A stretch of DNA of 64,000 bases, taken from the NCBI RefSeq assembly GCF_964204645.1, contig NC_134025.1, positions 27,570,299-27,634,298 on the forward strand. Reading direction: 5' to 3'. The stretch's first letter is position 1. Each line of letters opens with the position of its first letter. The DNA is from Tubulanus polymorphus. Taxonomy: Eukaryota; Animalia; Nemertea. Made by a program: the position numbers and the translations under genes. This document shows, piece by piece, positions 1-18,435 of this stretch. The notes under the pieces were generated by a model. That model saw nothing but the letters and a program-made list of their open reading frames with translations, was not told the origin of the DNA and searched no databases.

Positions 1-147
1 TCGGAAAATCATTTATTCATATTCACACTAAAAGTTATAACATTGTGAAATCATAATCAAATCATTGAAAACATGATTCAGTCAGTATCTTTCCATTCCA
101 TAAATACATATCCCAGCAGCTGTAGCACACCTCAGCTGGACGAGACC

Positions 148-3100
148 TCAGTAACCATACTTCTCATTGAGTTTCGTTTTCCCATCTCCCGTTTGATCTA
201 AATGACATATCGAGTAATATAGTTTTTATATTATATCATTGACGAACAGTATAAATAATCCCAATTGGTTTTACAGTGAATACTTACCGGCTGGTGGCAT
301 CCATACTGCGTAGTTAGGATCATCTGTTTCGGTATACTCTTTCATCTTTTTCACCTGAAAAAACGAACAAGCACAAAATATAATTACATCCGGACACATT
401 TTCACATTTAGAAATTACGGGTCGTATTTTCTTTACCTTTGAAACAAGTTTATCCGATTTTCGTTTAATTGGAAATGATTTCACTTCAGCAGATTTATCC
501 AATTTCGATGGATTTTCAGTTCTTTGACATTTATCCGATTTAACTTCCTTACTATTGACTTTAGAATCCGTTTCAGTTTGTGATAATTGAGAGCTATTTT
601 CATTTTTAGTTTGCATTTTATCAATTTTGACCACTTTTTCCAGTTTATCCTCATTTGGTTTTATAAGACCGTAAGATTTCTCATTCACTGGCGAATTGTC
701 TGTAGTCTTAATGTGATCCTTTGAATCCTCAACTGTGCTCTTTTTTTCTACAACTGCTGTTTCATTTTCATCGTCATCTTCTTCAACTTCTACTTCAGAA
801 TGTTGAAATCCCTGTAAATGAGACATTTCGTATAAAAAGACCAATCAGGAATAAACTGTATAATATGCCACGAGTAGAATTTGGAATACACTTACTGGAT
901 CTGATGTTTGTTGGACAGCAGGTTTTAAGACAGGACCTTTGATTTTACCAGTTAAGGGTAGAGTTCCTTTCTGTGCATCATTGGTTATGGCTGCCTTCTG
1001 TTCAAGTCTTTAAAACAAACATTTTAAATTAGTTTTTAACAAATATTACAGTCAAACTGGCTTTAGTTGTCATAAGAAAAGTCGTCACTATTTTTTTTTC
1101 CCAATTTGTATTTCCATTCAATTAACTAAGCAGAAGTTATCAACATAATGATCATCTCAACTACACATATGCAAGTTTGACTTTAGTAGCAAAATCCTCA
1201 TGAGAAGCTTACTTCATAATAGCCGGTAATGAAGCTGGCTTCGCAATATTCGCCAATCTTCGTAGTTTTTGTTCTTGGTGTTTCAATTCGAAAAGTTGAC
1301 TTTTTAATTTCATACGAGTTCTTTTATCCATAGCACCAGATTTCAGCGAGGACATGTAAGCGTCTAAGTCATCGACGTCGTCCGATTCCAGCGTAGCCTG
1401 CTTCGCGTTTTCAAGTTGCTTCGTGATTTCGACAATTTCAGTTTCAATCACTTTTAACTTTTCAACCTGTTAGAAAGAATTCAAGGTTAATCTAATATCT
1501 AATCCAATTTTCAATCCAATTTTCATACTAAATGAAATTTACCAATGAATCGTATGTTTCAACTGTATCGCTATCTTTTCCAGCTTTTTTCATGCGTTCA
1601 AGTCGTTTCTGTTCAATGACACCGGTTCGATCTAAAAACGTATCATCGTCGCTGTCATAGAAATCATCGTCCTCCCAATTCTTCTTCTTTCTCTTCTTAC
1701 TCTCTAAAACCAATCACCATAAGAGAGTCGATTAGCAATCAACGAAATGCAAACTCAAAAATAAACTACAAGATCATTAACATACCATGACTAGATTTTC
1801 GAAGTTCTCCGAGTCGGTCTAGAATTCGCAATGCTTCCATCGCGCATGCAACAACAGCGTCTTTCTTTTTTCCGGATACGAGAGCTTCAGCTACCATCGG
1901 ATGACCAGTTGACGTATCAACAGGCAACCTGAACAACAACAGATCACATCGAAATTTAGAAACATTTCTCAAAACTCGCTCATCAAATATGTAGATACTT
2001 ACTCGATTCGACAATGATGCTTCCCATATCCAGCAGCAAGAAACTCATATTCAGGAATGTCATGACCTAAAAACATAGCATTACGGTGACTGATTTATTG
2101 TAGCAGTATTCTTAGTAATATGAATCAAACATATAGTTTAAGTATTGTACTTACCTTCACGTTCAAAGTATTTTTTCAATTCTTTCTTGGGATCGTCAAA
2201 AGTCAGTTCACTTTCTTCAGCCAAGGCAAAAGGGTTTACTTCATCTGGCTCCTCACTATCTTCAATAGCATCATCTCCTTTAAGACAAACATCACTGTCA
2301 TTAGTACGAATGTATCAATTTGTACACTGAGGAATACATAAAAAGAGAAATCTCACCCATTCCCCATGAACAACTCGTGTCCTGTTGTACTTTCTGTTTT
2401 GCGGCTTCAATCTCGTCTAGATTAGCTTGTTTCAGCAGTTCCGCTTGGGCCTTCTGTTTCTCTCTCTGTAACTTCATTTCAGTAATCGTAAGTTCTGATT
2501 CGGCATCTTGGTCATCAGGTGGGCCCTGGAAAATAAAAAGATTTTGTTTATTAAAATCAGTTCCATCATCTTTAGTTTTGAGTATACCAAATTTTCAGTT
2601 GAATCTTACTTGCAGGATGTAAAGTCTTGAACTGCCTCCAAATTTGATAACATGACCGACTCGAATGCGATAATACGTACGAGGGTGAACTTTATTCTTA
2701 TTAATCCAAGTTCCATGCGTACTATCTAGATCATATAGATACCATCCAACCTCGTTATTATCAGTTTTCTGAACACAATATTGAACTATAGCGTGATGAC
2801 GAGACAATGATAAATGCTCCATGCTAACGTCACAGCTCGGAAGACGACCAAATACATAGAACGGCTTATCGGTGAGTTTAATTGTGTCGATTATAGTTCC
2901 ATTTTTTAAGATTTCAAATTGATATTCCGTTTCACATAAACCGCTCCACGCTGGTTCCTTGTAAGGTATTGACGTCTGAGCATGTTTTAGTTTTTCAGCT
3001 GGAGATAGAGATTTCATTTTAGAATCACTTTTCGGCGGCTTAGGAACATTTTTGGCTAATGTCTGCGTTTGCTGTGAATTATTTTCACCTGATGGTGATA

Positions 3101-3359
3101 GTTTAGCTGTATTCACTTTTGGCAAGCTTGCAGGTAAGATGAAAGTAGGCTTCTTGAATGCGGTGCTTTCCGATTCTGTTTTATCCTCATTAGTTTCCAT
3201 TGGTTTCTCTTCAGACTTTGACAATGTCTCATCCACATTTTGTTCCATTTTCACAGATGAAGAAAGATCTTTGGATGATTTATCGTCACTTTCTAGTTCA
3301 CACGCTTTTTTCTCTTCCTCCTGATGATGGGGTAAATCATAAGTATTTTCAGTAGCCAT
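148..3359 (-). CDS. SLC4A1AP: Kanadaptin (SLC4A1 adaptor protein): FHA domain, dsRBD-like region, coiled coil; multi-exon
   Basis: FHA domain in ORF 2595-3359 (YVFGRLPSCDVSMEHLSLSRHHA...DLDSTHGTWIN). Other exons give KKKDAVVACAMEALRILDR, KRKKKNWEDDDFYDSDDDTFLDRTG and DDLDAYMSSLK. The last exon reads ...KLNEKYGY* with TGA at 150-148, matching the kanadaptin C-terminus. An acceptor just upstream of the ATG implies a 5'UTR intron. Confidence 0.93.
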
Positions 3360-3528
3360 TTCAAGCCTAAAATGAAATTAAAATCGCATATTAAGAAAAA
3401 AACAAAAGCATCCATGGATAGTAGGGTATGTCTGTAAAAAGCATAGGTATAAAAATAGCTGTTGTTCCAACCAGAGATTGTCGGATATTGAGACTAGCAT
3501 TTTTGGAATAAACAAAATCTAAACCACA

Positions 3529-3661
3529 GGGGGCCAGTTGCATAGTCATGACTTAGATTTAAGACCAGTTAAAGACCAACTTAGTTCTATAGCCAATCTA
3601 ACAACTTAAGACCAGTCTTAAGATTTAAGACAACTTTTGGACTTAAGTCACGACTGTGCAA
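3529..3661. mobile_element. Short palindromic MITE-like element in the SLC4A1AP 5'UTR intron
   Basis: Imperfect inverted arms ttgcatagtcatgactta (3538-3555) and taagtcacgactgtgcaa (3644-3661); internal ttaagac repeats; no ORF. Confidence 0.65.
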
Positions 3662-4083
3662 ACAACCATATTATGAATATCATTTAGCAAGTTTCAATAA
3701 GCTTCATCTTCTTCATGAAATAAATATAGATTTATTGAATTGATAGAATTTCTTCTCACTATCAACTAGAAAACTAAATCTAGCCGGCTGGTTCGGTTGG
3801 TAAAAAGCTCATTTAGCTGCTATCTTATCTATTCTCATAATACAACAACGCCATAGGGCCATCAATAGTTGTTGTCTAAATATTCGTACTTTTTCCGGTT
3901 CTTTCTAAAATAATTTCGGCATTGATCCAATTAGGCCGCCCAGTTGTCCCAATATAAAGTTCCGTTGTGAAGTCCGGCATCCATCGAGACCGAGCCGTCA
4001 TCCGGCGCTACTGTGGAGCCAATTCAATTCAATTGATTTCATACATACATGCTGGCTTCAAAAAACAAATCGACACTGTTAAA

Positions 4084-8700
<4,617 letters not shown>

Positions 8701-8981
8701 CATTAATATCTCATTAATATGGTAGTGATTTATCTGTGATTTACTGCATTTTAAATAAATGATTATGAAATAATGAAGTGCCTGTTTAATGATATTGGAA
8801 GTCGAGTAAAATCTTCAGTTACAGAATTCAATAAGAAAAGAAACTTGGAATCTCAATTATATACAAAGTTCTTTATTTTTCATTTTATATAACAAACAAT
8901 ATATGGCAGTATTCTTGTATGTTGCATGTATCACAGACACAACAAGTTTGTTCAAGTTTCATAGATTCATAGTATCTTATG

Positions 8982-9804
8982 TCACCATCGTTTCGCCATC
9001 TGATCCAATAATCGAACCGGGGCTAAAATCTTGTTTTGATTCGTTTCAATAATTCTTCCATTCACAACAATTTCATCGAGGATGAAGTAAACTTTCTCTA
9101 GATTGAAAATAATCTGTTTATCGCATGAAGGAACAGAATCACAAATATTTCAATATGGTACGAATAGAAATCTTGCAAACTTTTTTGGTTTGAGTTTAAA
9201 AGGATACATCTTCTTCACACTGGAATTAAAAACAGAAATAACATATTCAGTATCATAAAAGCGCGGCGAAGAGAAATCTGTGAATATGTTCGATATGTCA
9301 TACTTACTGCTTGCTCAAAATATGTGTCCATGGTTTCAACAAATAGATGAATCAACTCTAAAACAGCAAGCTCATTCTGAAGAAAAAATATTTGTGCAGT
9401 ATTATTAAGATAGTGTAAATAGTGCATTGATAATGATAGCGTGTTAATGGAGACTGGCATTATTTACCTCAAACTCTTCCACTCCTATGATGAAATACAG
9501 TGCTGCATACCTTCTATACACCAACTTGAAATCTCTATATTCGAGGAATGAACACTGGAAATTAATGAATTACAAATTTAATATGTTAGATTTTCATACA
9601 TAATTTTTTAAAATATAGACTCATTTTTTAGATCAAGTTTCCCAAAAAATAATTGGCTAATTCTACCTGACTATCAGTTCTCTTTAAACATCGTTGGACT
9701 GCTTCAGTCACTATCAAATCCTTTTCTTCCGTTGAAACTGAGTCGTAAAATTGAGATACCCTAACTTGTCCCTGTTTATTTACAACCAAAATAAATTTGA
9801 TCAT
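8982..9804 (-). CDS. AP4S1: AP-4 complex subunit sigma-1; multi-exon
   Basis: [20 protein letters not shown]..., [37 protein letters not shown]|CEED|[37 protein letters not shown]. The ETN..ILAP tail is sigma-4 type. Confidence 0.9.
9114..9207 (-). other. U12-type (minor spliceosome) GT-AG intron following a 12-nt microexon (9208-9219)
   Basis: Donor GTATCCTTTT is the U12 consensus. Branch-like TTCCTTCAT lies ~11 nt before the AG, and there is no polypyrimidine tract. Confidence 0.85.
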
Positions 9805-10137
9805 CTTTCACACTGATGAAACCAACTCTGAACGGAACTAGATGGTGCTGACCTCTGGCAGTAGAGCCTCGTATTACTTCCGTAAACAACTAATTTCAAA
9901 GATCGATTTCAAGTTCGCTTTTCGATGACAACTCTCGATGCAAGCATATACGGAACCTTAACATCATTATGATAAGGTGTGCCAAGGTTAAACCGGTGAG
10001 ACAATGCGAATAAACGTAAAATAAGACGAAAAATGCAGTTTTTGTATGATAATTAGGGACGCAATTGATGACGTCATCATTAACATAACAACAGCGCCAT
10101 CTATAAAAAAAATTGTAAATGGCGGCCGAGAGATGAA
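9805..10137. promoter_or_regulatory. Bidirectional promoter between AP4S1 and striatin
   Basis: The two ATGs diverge ~335 bp apart. 14-bp palindrome TGATGACGTCATCA containing a CRE (10066-10079); ETS-like ACTTCCG (~9876); YY1/CTCF-like CAGCGCCATCT (~10092) and AAATGGCGG (~10117). Confidence 0.65.
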
Positions 10138-13100
10138 ATGATGGACGAAACTTCTCAAAATCACGCCCAACTTGGGCCCCCTTCTGGGGGTATTACGATC
10201 GCGGGAAAGACACACGAAGATTCGGGACTACGCACGCATTATTCGATGCCAGGAATATTGCATTTTTTACAGACGGAATGGGCTAGATTCGAAATGGAAC
10301 GCTCTCAATGGGAAGTCGAGCGAGCCGAATTACAGGTAGGTAGACTTTTTTCTCTGTTTATAATCATAATAATTGTGTTCGTGTATGATCTTAGAGTTCG
10401 TTTAGAATTATAAATCCGATCAGGTTTCATTTAGTGTTGCATCAAACTGACGAAATTGTAATCGATTTGGCAATAAAATTGACCCAGTCACTGACAGCTG
10501 AAAGTTCAGTTCAGTACTGACTGGTTGTAGCGAATTCAAAATGGCTTCCTATTTTTTTCTGTCAAGTCAGTACTTGTTTGTTCAGTTTTATGTGGAAAGA
10601 TCTTTCTGAATTTTGAAGATGAAGGGAATTATATTATGATTCATAATGTATTTTTGGATTTTGTCTGATGTATTGGTTTTAAGGTGCAGACACCTTTTTT
10701 AAAGAATTTTAAGAATTGTGTCCTAATGATTAATCTCTCTTAATCCAATTGATTACAGTCCTTTAATCTAGGCTATAAGAAAACTTGGCACCCAAGGTGC
10801 ATTGTTTTTGTCAGTTAATAAAGATAAAATGCATCAATAACTGATGAAGACATAATGTTCAATACTGTTTTGATATTGATATGTTGCCAATGAATGGGGC
10901 TGATGTAAATCCTAGTGTTTTGGCATAAAGCCTATAATTAGATTTCATGTTTCCAATTGCATATTCATAAATGAATATATCCTGAAACGAAGCCAGGTTA
11001 TTTTCCGATTCGCCTGACAAAAGGCCTTCATTACCCGATACTTACAGAATTAAGAATTAACCCTGGATCCATTTCAATTGTTTTCAGTCAAAATTGGTTC
11101 ACTGGGGCAAAACATGCCTCTGGCCAGTTGTATCATCGGAAATTTGCTAATTTTCGCCATCTTTTCGTATATTTTTAGGCACGAATCGCATTTTTGCAAG
11201 GTGAAAGAAAAGGACAAGAGAATCTGAAACAGGATCTCGTAAGAAGAATCAAAATGTTAGAATTTGCCTTAAAGCAAGAGCGGTAAGTTTCCACAGCGAA
11301 TCAATAAACATTTACAGGGCCTTTACTCTTATATCGGCTGGAGTTAAATATTGAATTTTGTGTCATGTTTTCAGCGCAAAATATCACAAATTGAAATACG
11401 GTTCAGACATACAAGACACCAATAGTAAAGCTCCATCATTCGATAAAAAAGATGACGGTGGTAGGTTTTATTTTGAAATTGTTTCTTTCGACACAAAAAA
11501 GTTATAGCTGAAATGTTTTGACTGAGTTAAACGAAGCGTCTACTGTGAATTCATTTTCAGAGCGTTAGAATGTTAGTTTGTTTTAGCTTACTTGATGAGT
11601 CACTCATTGCCACTGGCATCAACTTACATTTACTTCGTACTGTTACATGATTTAGAATTGAAGGCTGCATTTGTTTAACTGCAGGAAAAAAATCGAATAA
11701 TTTTGCACTAGATCCTTCATACGCTGTGTACATTTTCCTGCCCTTTTGATATAGATTTTGATAGATAATTAAGACAATTTAGAAAAAATATAATTTTGAA
11801 TTTTGTAGATGAATCATCGGTAGATGGGGAATCTGTCACTACTCCTAATAGTAATGTTACATGGCGTCAAGGAAGACAACTACTCAGACAGTAAGAAAAA
11901 ATCATAAAAAATATGCTCTACTAAATCTAGTTTTGAAATGCTGTTAATGAGCCTATGATAATTTCAGATACCTACAAGAGATCGGGTATACAGATACAAT
12001 ATTAGACGTTCGATCAGCGCGAGTGAGAGCTTTACTCGGCTTACAACCAAATAATGTAGAAAACGAAGAGGGTAGATTAGTGAACGGTGAACAAGGGCGA
12101 GTTCGAAATGGAGAGGGCCAGAACAAGCGGTAAGTTACTATTTGTCATCAAACTGCCTGCTTCACTTGAAGGTCCCCAAAGCTTTGCTGGGAAGAAGTCC
12201 CCATAGCTTGGTAACAGGTGCATAGATTTTGTATCGAAATTTTTAACCTAATGGCAGCATGGATTTTAGACGTTATGTTTATAATCTAGAAGCTCATAAA
12301 TTGCATATATTGGAGAAATGAAAGATGTTTTGGCTTAATTTGATGTATAAAGAATGCAATTGCAATCCGGAATTTCAGGGTTCTTGTCTAGAAACTAGAG
12401 AGCTTAGCTTTACACTCTTCATGTAATCTAGCCTGTACCTGCATGGAATCCAGAAGAAACTATTATTTTTTCGTGAATAGGGCTATTGGGAAGAAAATAA
12501 TTCCAACATCGCTTGCTGAAGGTGCTTTAATGGACAGCGAGGCGTCAGTGTTAGCAACATTTGACTTTTTAGCTGGCGATAATGTAGTTGATGACGAAGA
12601 TGAGAATTTAAGGTACAGCATATGAAATCGATCGGCATTTGAGAGAGTTTTACCGTGCAGTTAGTAGAGAAGCGATTGTGAGAAGGCCGATGCATGCTCT
12701 ATCACGCGTACTCTCATTATTGAATGTCGGTCTAATTGATGTGATTCATTTTCAGTGACGGCGAAAACGAAGAGGACGGAGAAACTGCTGATGACGAATC
12801 CGACGAAAGAATCTTAAGAACTCAAAAAGTGAGTAAGATCCTACCAATTGTTTCTTCGTTACAATTGATCTCGAAACAAGATATTTCTCTTAATATTGTA
12901 TATCTAATCATTGTTTGAACGTGTAGTGGATCCATAGAAAACAGATTTTCCTCGTTCACTACTGTCTATACATTTTGATTAGATTAATTAATATCGGTCG
13001 ACGGATGAGATACAAAATGCCAATTTTCCCGTCTCGCAAATATTTATATGTGAAATGTACTTCATGTTCTTCGTGATAGGCGATGATTGGTAATGAAAGT

Positions 13101-16100
13101 ATGGCCGGTATAGACGATGTATTAGGAGATCCCGAAGAAGAAGAAGCGTTAGCGGAATTCGATTTCTTGGTCTCCGAAACGGGAGAAGGTGCCGGTGAAG
13201 CTCGTAGTCAAGGCGATGGAACCGAGTGGGGTAAGTGATCGCTATTCATGTTTTTATGTTTTAGTGACCTTGAAATAACGACACGTGTCTCACACGCTGC
13301 TGCTGTCTATATTTGTGAAAAGTGAAAGCACTCGTTGAAGAATTTAGTTTTCGAAATATTTTTCCCTCCCACCTTGTTTATTTCTTATGTATATATGTTA
13401 GCACACCACTGCATGTAACTTGTCCTCTCTGCCATTGTCAATAAGTACACCTTCAAAACTAAACAATAGGTTTCAACTAGGATTCAACTTTTCGATCAGA
13501 GACTAGTATGTTCGAGAAATAGTTCGTACGACTTTTCTAAGGATTTAAAAAGAAATCTAAATGAACATTTTCAGACACATATTTACCAAAGAGTAGTAGT
13601 AAGTCTGAAGAAGAAAATAATATTTAGGTGGTGTTTTTGTTTTATGATGAATATACCAGATATATCTCGGAGTTTGGGTCAATTTGGCAAATTTTTCTAC
13701 AAGTTCTGATATGTTTCGTCATCTATTCTATTACACGTAATTTGTGCGTCCGGTTTTTCTGTCGAGATTGTCATTATTGTGCAGTGGTTACGGTTGTTAC
13801 TCTACGGGAGGCTGGCAAACACGATATCTAGAGACTCATTTTCTCTTTGGTATTAAATTTGGCTGGTTGAATTTCTTGTCTACAGAAAAGAAAGACTCGT
13901 CGTCCCCAAACGAAGATTGGGGCGACCAACAACTGATCTCCAAGCTTAAGGAGCAGTATAAAAGAGAACGAGGCAAACAGAGTGAGTAGTGCTTTCTTCC
14001 CATGCCCGACCGCTCTCTCTCTCTCTCTCTCTCTCTTTTCGCCTGTTCATATACATGACACGATGTATATAGATAATTCATGCTTGATTTGATGATTGAA
14101 TTTATACCTAACTGATATGAAATATTGATATTTCAGCCCACACACTTCTCATGTCGAGGTTTCATTGTGGTCGGTTTTCGAACCGATAGATTCTGTTTCA
14201 TTCGTATGAAAATAGTTTTTCGTCGATGTAAAACGATTATTTTGTTCACATTGTGAAAGTGATTTAATATTACAATGAAGCTTTGACTATATAAAGCATG
14301 CACGAATTTCAGTTCTTCTTTCGCATGTTTCGATATGATAATGAATTAACCATTGCACACATTATCTGCTAATTGGCGATGTTGTTTAAACAATTAGCCC
14401 GCGCACAAACGCATATACGCATACCTTCACTATTCGCTTAAAAGATGATTTTTTTATAAGAGCTTTATAAATCTAAAAGGGTTATTCGTTCAGCAGAAAA
14501 AGAAATAATTCTTAAACGTTTATCAACCGAATCAATAATCATCATAAGCTGTTAAATGAAGTTAATCCACTATTGGTGAATGGCTATTTGAATTCAAAAC
14601 CTGACTCCTCGCTTGCAAATCGGTTATTGGCTGCTTAAGATGATGCGTCATTTTGTTCTACATATCGTTGGTTTAATGGTACCGTTATAAGTAAGCTATC
14701 AATGTATTCAGAAGTAATTTTTTTCAGTTTTGATTATTCGGGAAGGGTAGCAGAGATGATTCATGTTGTTTAAAGTATTAATTTTTTCAATCAGAATTCA
14801 ATTCAATTTTTCAATTCATCATTTTACCTCGAAATGATTAGATTATTTTCTTCCATTTCTTAATGATGGAAAGCAGCTTAATTTCGAAATGACCCCCTAA
14901 GCGAATCTCTTACATCCAGTAGTATGATCTATATTCAATGCATGGGCTTATAACGCACAAAGTCGCTAAAGTTGCTTATTTTCATGACACGAAGCTACGT
15001 TTCACTTTGTTAGGACCGAAGCGTGCCACTTTACAGGCCATGTTAGCTAATTTGGGTACTGACGACGAAATGCCGGCACAGCTCCCCTCGCCACCACCAC
15101 TGCCAAGTAACAACAACAACAATATGAACAACCAATCACGGTCCGTCTCCTCGGAACTAGAGGACGGTAAGAATATGTCGATTTATCGTCAAAAAGGGCC
15201 AGTGCGAAAAGCATGTTTATCTGTGTCAGTCAGTCAGTGTCGTTCGATCTCTTATGAAGGCATTCATTTTGCAAGCTTGAGCGCGTAGAAAACAAACAAC
15301 AAACAAACTTTATTGTTAGAAATTAGATAGATCTATGAATCAGATGGATAGATTGTTCGGGGAATGAGTTTTTAGAGACGTTTGGTTCTTTAAAAAAAAC
15401 ACTGTAGTTATTTTAATGTTAGTATTTAAATCCTGCTTGATGTCGTGTGCAAGTTTTATGTTGTTTTTTATTTTTATATGATTGATGATGAATATGCTTT
15501 TGTGCTGACCCTTTTCGGTGTGTCTTCAATTTTCAGCCTTCACTATTTGAATGTTGTTTTCAATTATTTTCTAAATGTTTTTTGTTTTTCGGTCTGCACC
15601 ATTTATCAAATAGATATCTCTTCAGTGAACTCTTATTTCCGGGAAGAAAGCACATATTTTCTCCATATAGATGTAAATTGACTATTAAATGTGATGTAAT
15701 ATATATGAATATTTTTGGCATTATTTGTTTTGAATTTTTGAAGTACTTATGTATTGAATGTCAATACGTATTGAATTTTGTTACGACATAAAAAGCAACT
15801 ACAACATACTTAAAGTAAGTGCAATAGTTATTTCTTACATAGAAATATACGGTTTCGATAGCGATTCATCGCAAAAGTATGAATCAATGATTATTTGGTG
15901 TGTCCAGTTTCCCCTAGTCGTGTGAAATGTTATTTTGTCCTCGTTTTAACCGACTAATTTTGTATAAAGGAATTCTCTATGTATCAGTCCTGTTTCATTG
16001 TTCTGCACTAAACGTATACGTAAACGTTATCTTCAGTTTGTTGATTAGATGAAAGAACTTTTTTTATTTGTTACTGCGATGATTGGGCAAAATTGTAAAA

Positions 16101-18435
16101 TTTAAAGATTGTCAATCGTGGGATTTTCATTTCAAAAACTCAATATCCTTATATTTCAGAACTGCTTATGTATGTGAATTCCGTAAACGAATAATGATGT
16201 TATTAGATGTTTGTTCTTCAGCGCATAAACCAATAATTGGTGTACCAGGTGAAGAGGATGCTCTTGAAGTTGCACTAGGATTAGGAGATTTAGCCGGACT
16301 CACGGTCAATAATGAAGCTGATAGTTTATCGTACGATGTAAGTTTTAAGAGCATTTTTTACCATGGTTGTTTATACGGTAAACCTGGCTCAACTCGGACA
16401 AACAGCTGGGAAAATTTATTTCGTTTTTGTCAGATTTAGTCAAAGGTCTGAGTTGGCCATGTCCGATTTAAGGTCAGGTTTATTGTGTATATATGATTTT
16501 AAATGTATTGCTATGCTCACCTGGTTTTCTGGATTTCATTATTAAAGCAGATCTCTTCAGCCAAGGAAGCATTTAGGAAAACTTGGAATGCCAAATATAC
16601 TCTACGAAGGTACGAAGAAGGAATTTATTGCATGTACCGTCTATAAATATAACATCAAATAGAATAACTAATGCATCATTTATTTCTTCTTCGCAGTCAT
16701 TTTGATGGTGTTCGCGCATTAGCTTTTCATCCCGAAGAGCCCGTTTTACTCACAGCCTCTGAAGATCATACGCTCAAATTGTGGAACTTACAAAAAACTG
16801 TTCCCGCTAAAAAGTGAATATTCCGTAGCAAACTGTACTCGTTAAATGTGTGAAATTTTCATCAAATTGTGTATTGTGAACGTTTCATTTTATAGGACGG
16901 CTTCGTTAGACGTGGAACCAGTTTATACGTTCCGTGGTCATATTGGCGCCGTACTTTGTTTAGCGATGAGTTCAACTGGGGATCAATGTTTTAGCGGTGG
17001 TGTAGATGGAACAATTAAATGCTGGAATATTCCCAGTTCTTATATAGATCCGTATGACTCTTTCGGTAGGTCGTGGAATTTATCCACGCTTCTCGATCTC
17101 CTGACTTCAACATTTCACACTATGTAAAACATAACTGATTTCTATTTTTAGATTCGAGTGTTTTGAACGATACGTATACAGGTCACACAGATGCCGTTTG
17201 GGGGCTAGCTCTGCACGCTTCTCGGAAACAGCTCGTATCTTGTTCAGCGGATGGAACTGTTAAACTGTGGAGCCCTACGTATAATTCTCCGCTTCTTACT
17301 ACATTTACAGCTGCAGACAGTAAGTAGATCTCTAAACCATCTGTTGAGTATACAGGGTTCCTATGACTCTCTGATTCTTTAAAAACTCTTTCTAAATGAA
17401 AAATGCTTTTAAAGGTGCTTGAAACTCCTTTAATTTGAACAAAATGCCCAAAATCCCTTCAATTTCAAATTTAACAAAACCAACAAAATAAATGGTTTAC
17501 CGAGATAAAATGTACCCGGTACTGATTTAGGAGGAGTCTACAGTAATTGGGACATGAAAGTGATGCAGACACTTCTCGAAAATTTGAAATTTTCTCTTTT
17601 AGAACTGCTTATGTTAAAGGTAGTCACTGCGTTGATTGTATTCTATTCTATTCGTAGATGATGGAGTACCGACATCGGCTGATTTTATTCGATGTGAACC
17701 GAATCAAATGGTTGCGTCATATACCTCGTCCAATACGTATCTCTATGATCTGGAAACAGGCAAACAGATTCTGATGTTAGAAACTAAGCAATCTTCGGGT
17801 AAATCTCCACTTCCGCTAATCTGTTGAAACGGTGCAGTTATTTTGATTGTCGCGCTACTTCAGAGTGACACTGTTGTTTCTACTTATGTATTTCAGAGTC
17901 CAATATTAGTCATAACCAAATAAATCAGGTAGTAAGTCACCCTACACTTCCTGTTACTATAGCAGCTCATGAAGATAGACATATACGTTTCTTCGATAAT
18001 AATACAGGTAAACCCTAACCCTGCATTCACAGTTATGGATATCTGATGGGTCTCTAAAATTACTGACTTTTTACATTGAAATTTGTAGGTAAAATGATCC
18101 ATTCGATGGTGGCCCATCTAGATGCTGTTACCAGTTTAGCAGTTGATCCAAATGGATTATATTTATTATCAGGAAGTGAGTATGCATTCCTAGATCTCAT
18201 AACTTGAATTCAACTACTGTCGTACACTCGCCCTAAATTGATTCATTTATTTTGCATTTTTTCAGGTCACGATTGCTCTATTCGGCTATGGAACTTGGAC
18301 AGTAAAACATGCGTTCAAGAAATAACATCTCATCGAAAGAAATTTGACGAGTCAATATACTCAGTGGCCTTCCACCCATCGAAACCGTATATAGCAAGTG
18401 CAGGGGCTGACGCACTCGCTAAAGTGTTCGTATGA
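10138..18435 (+). CDS. STRN3: Striatin-family PP2A B''' subunit (STRN/STRN3/Cka) with C-terminal WD40 domain; multi-exon
   Basis: YSMPGILHFLQTEWARFEMERSQWEVERAELQ|ARIAFLQGERKGQENLKQDLVRRIKMLEFALKQER; WRQGRQLLRQYLQEIGYTDTILDVRS; FRKTWNAKYTLRSHFDGVR; C-terminus HPSKPYIASAGADALAKVFV*. Co-ortholog of STRN, STRN3 and STRN4. Confidence 0.95.
14013..14036 (+). repeat. (CT)n microsatellite in a striatin intron
   Basis: Uninterrupted ctctct run just after the donor at ~13982. Confidence 0.9.
17351..17610. mobile_element. Degenerate non-autonomous DNA-transposon remnant in a striatin intron
   Basis: Begins TACAGGGTTCC, has A/T-tract rich gaaactcc-type internal repeats and lengthens an otherwise short intron. 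The right end is unclear. Confidence 0.4.
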
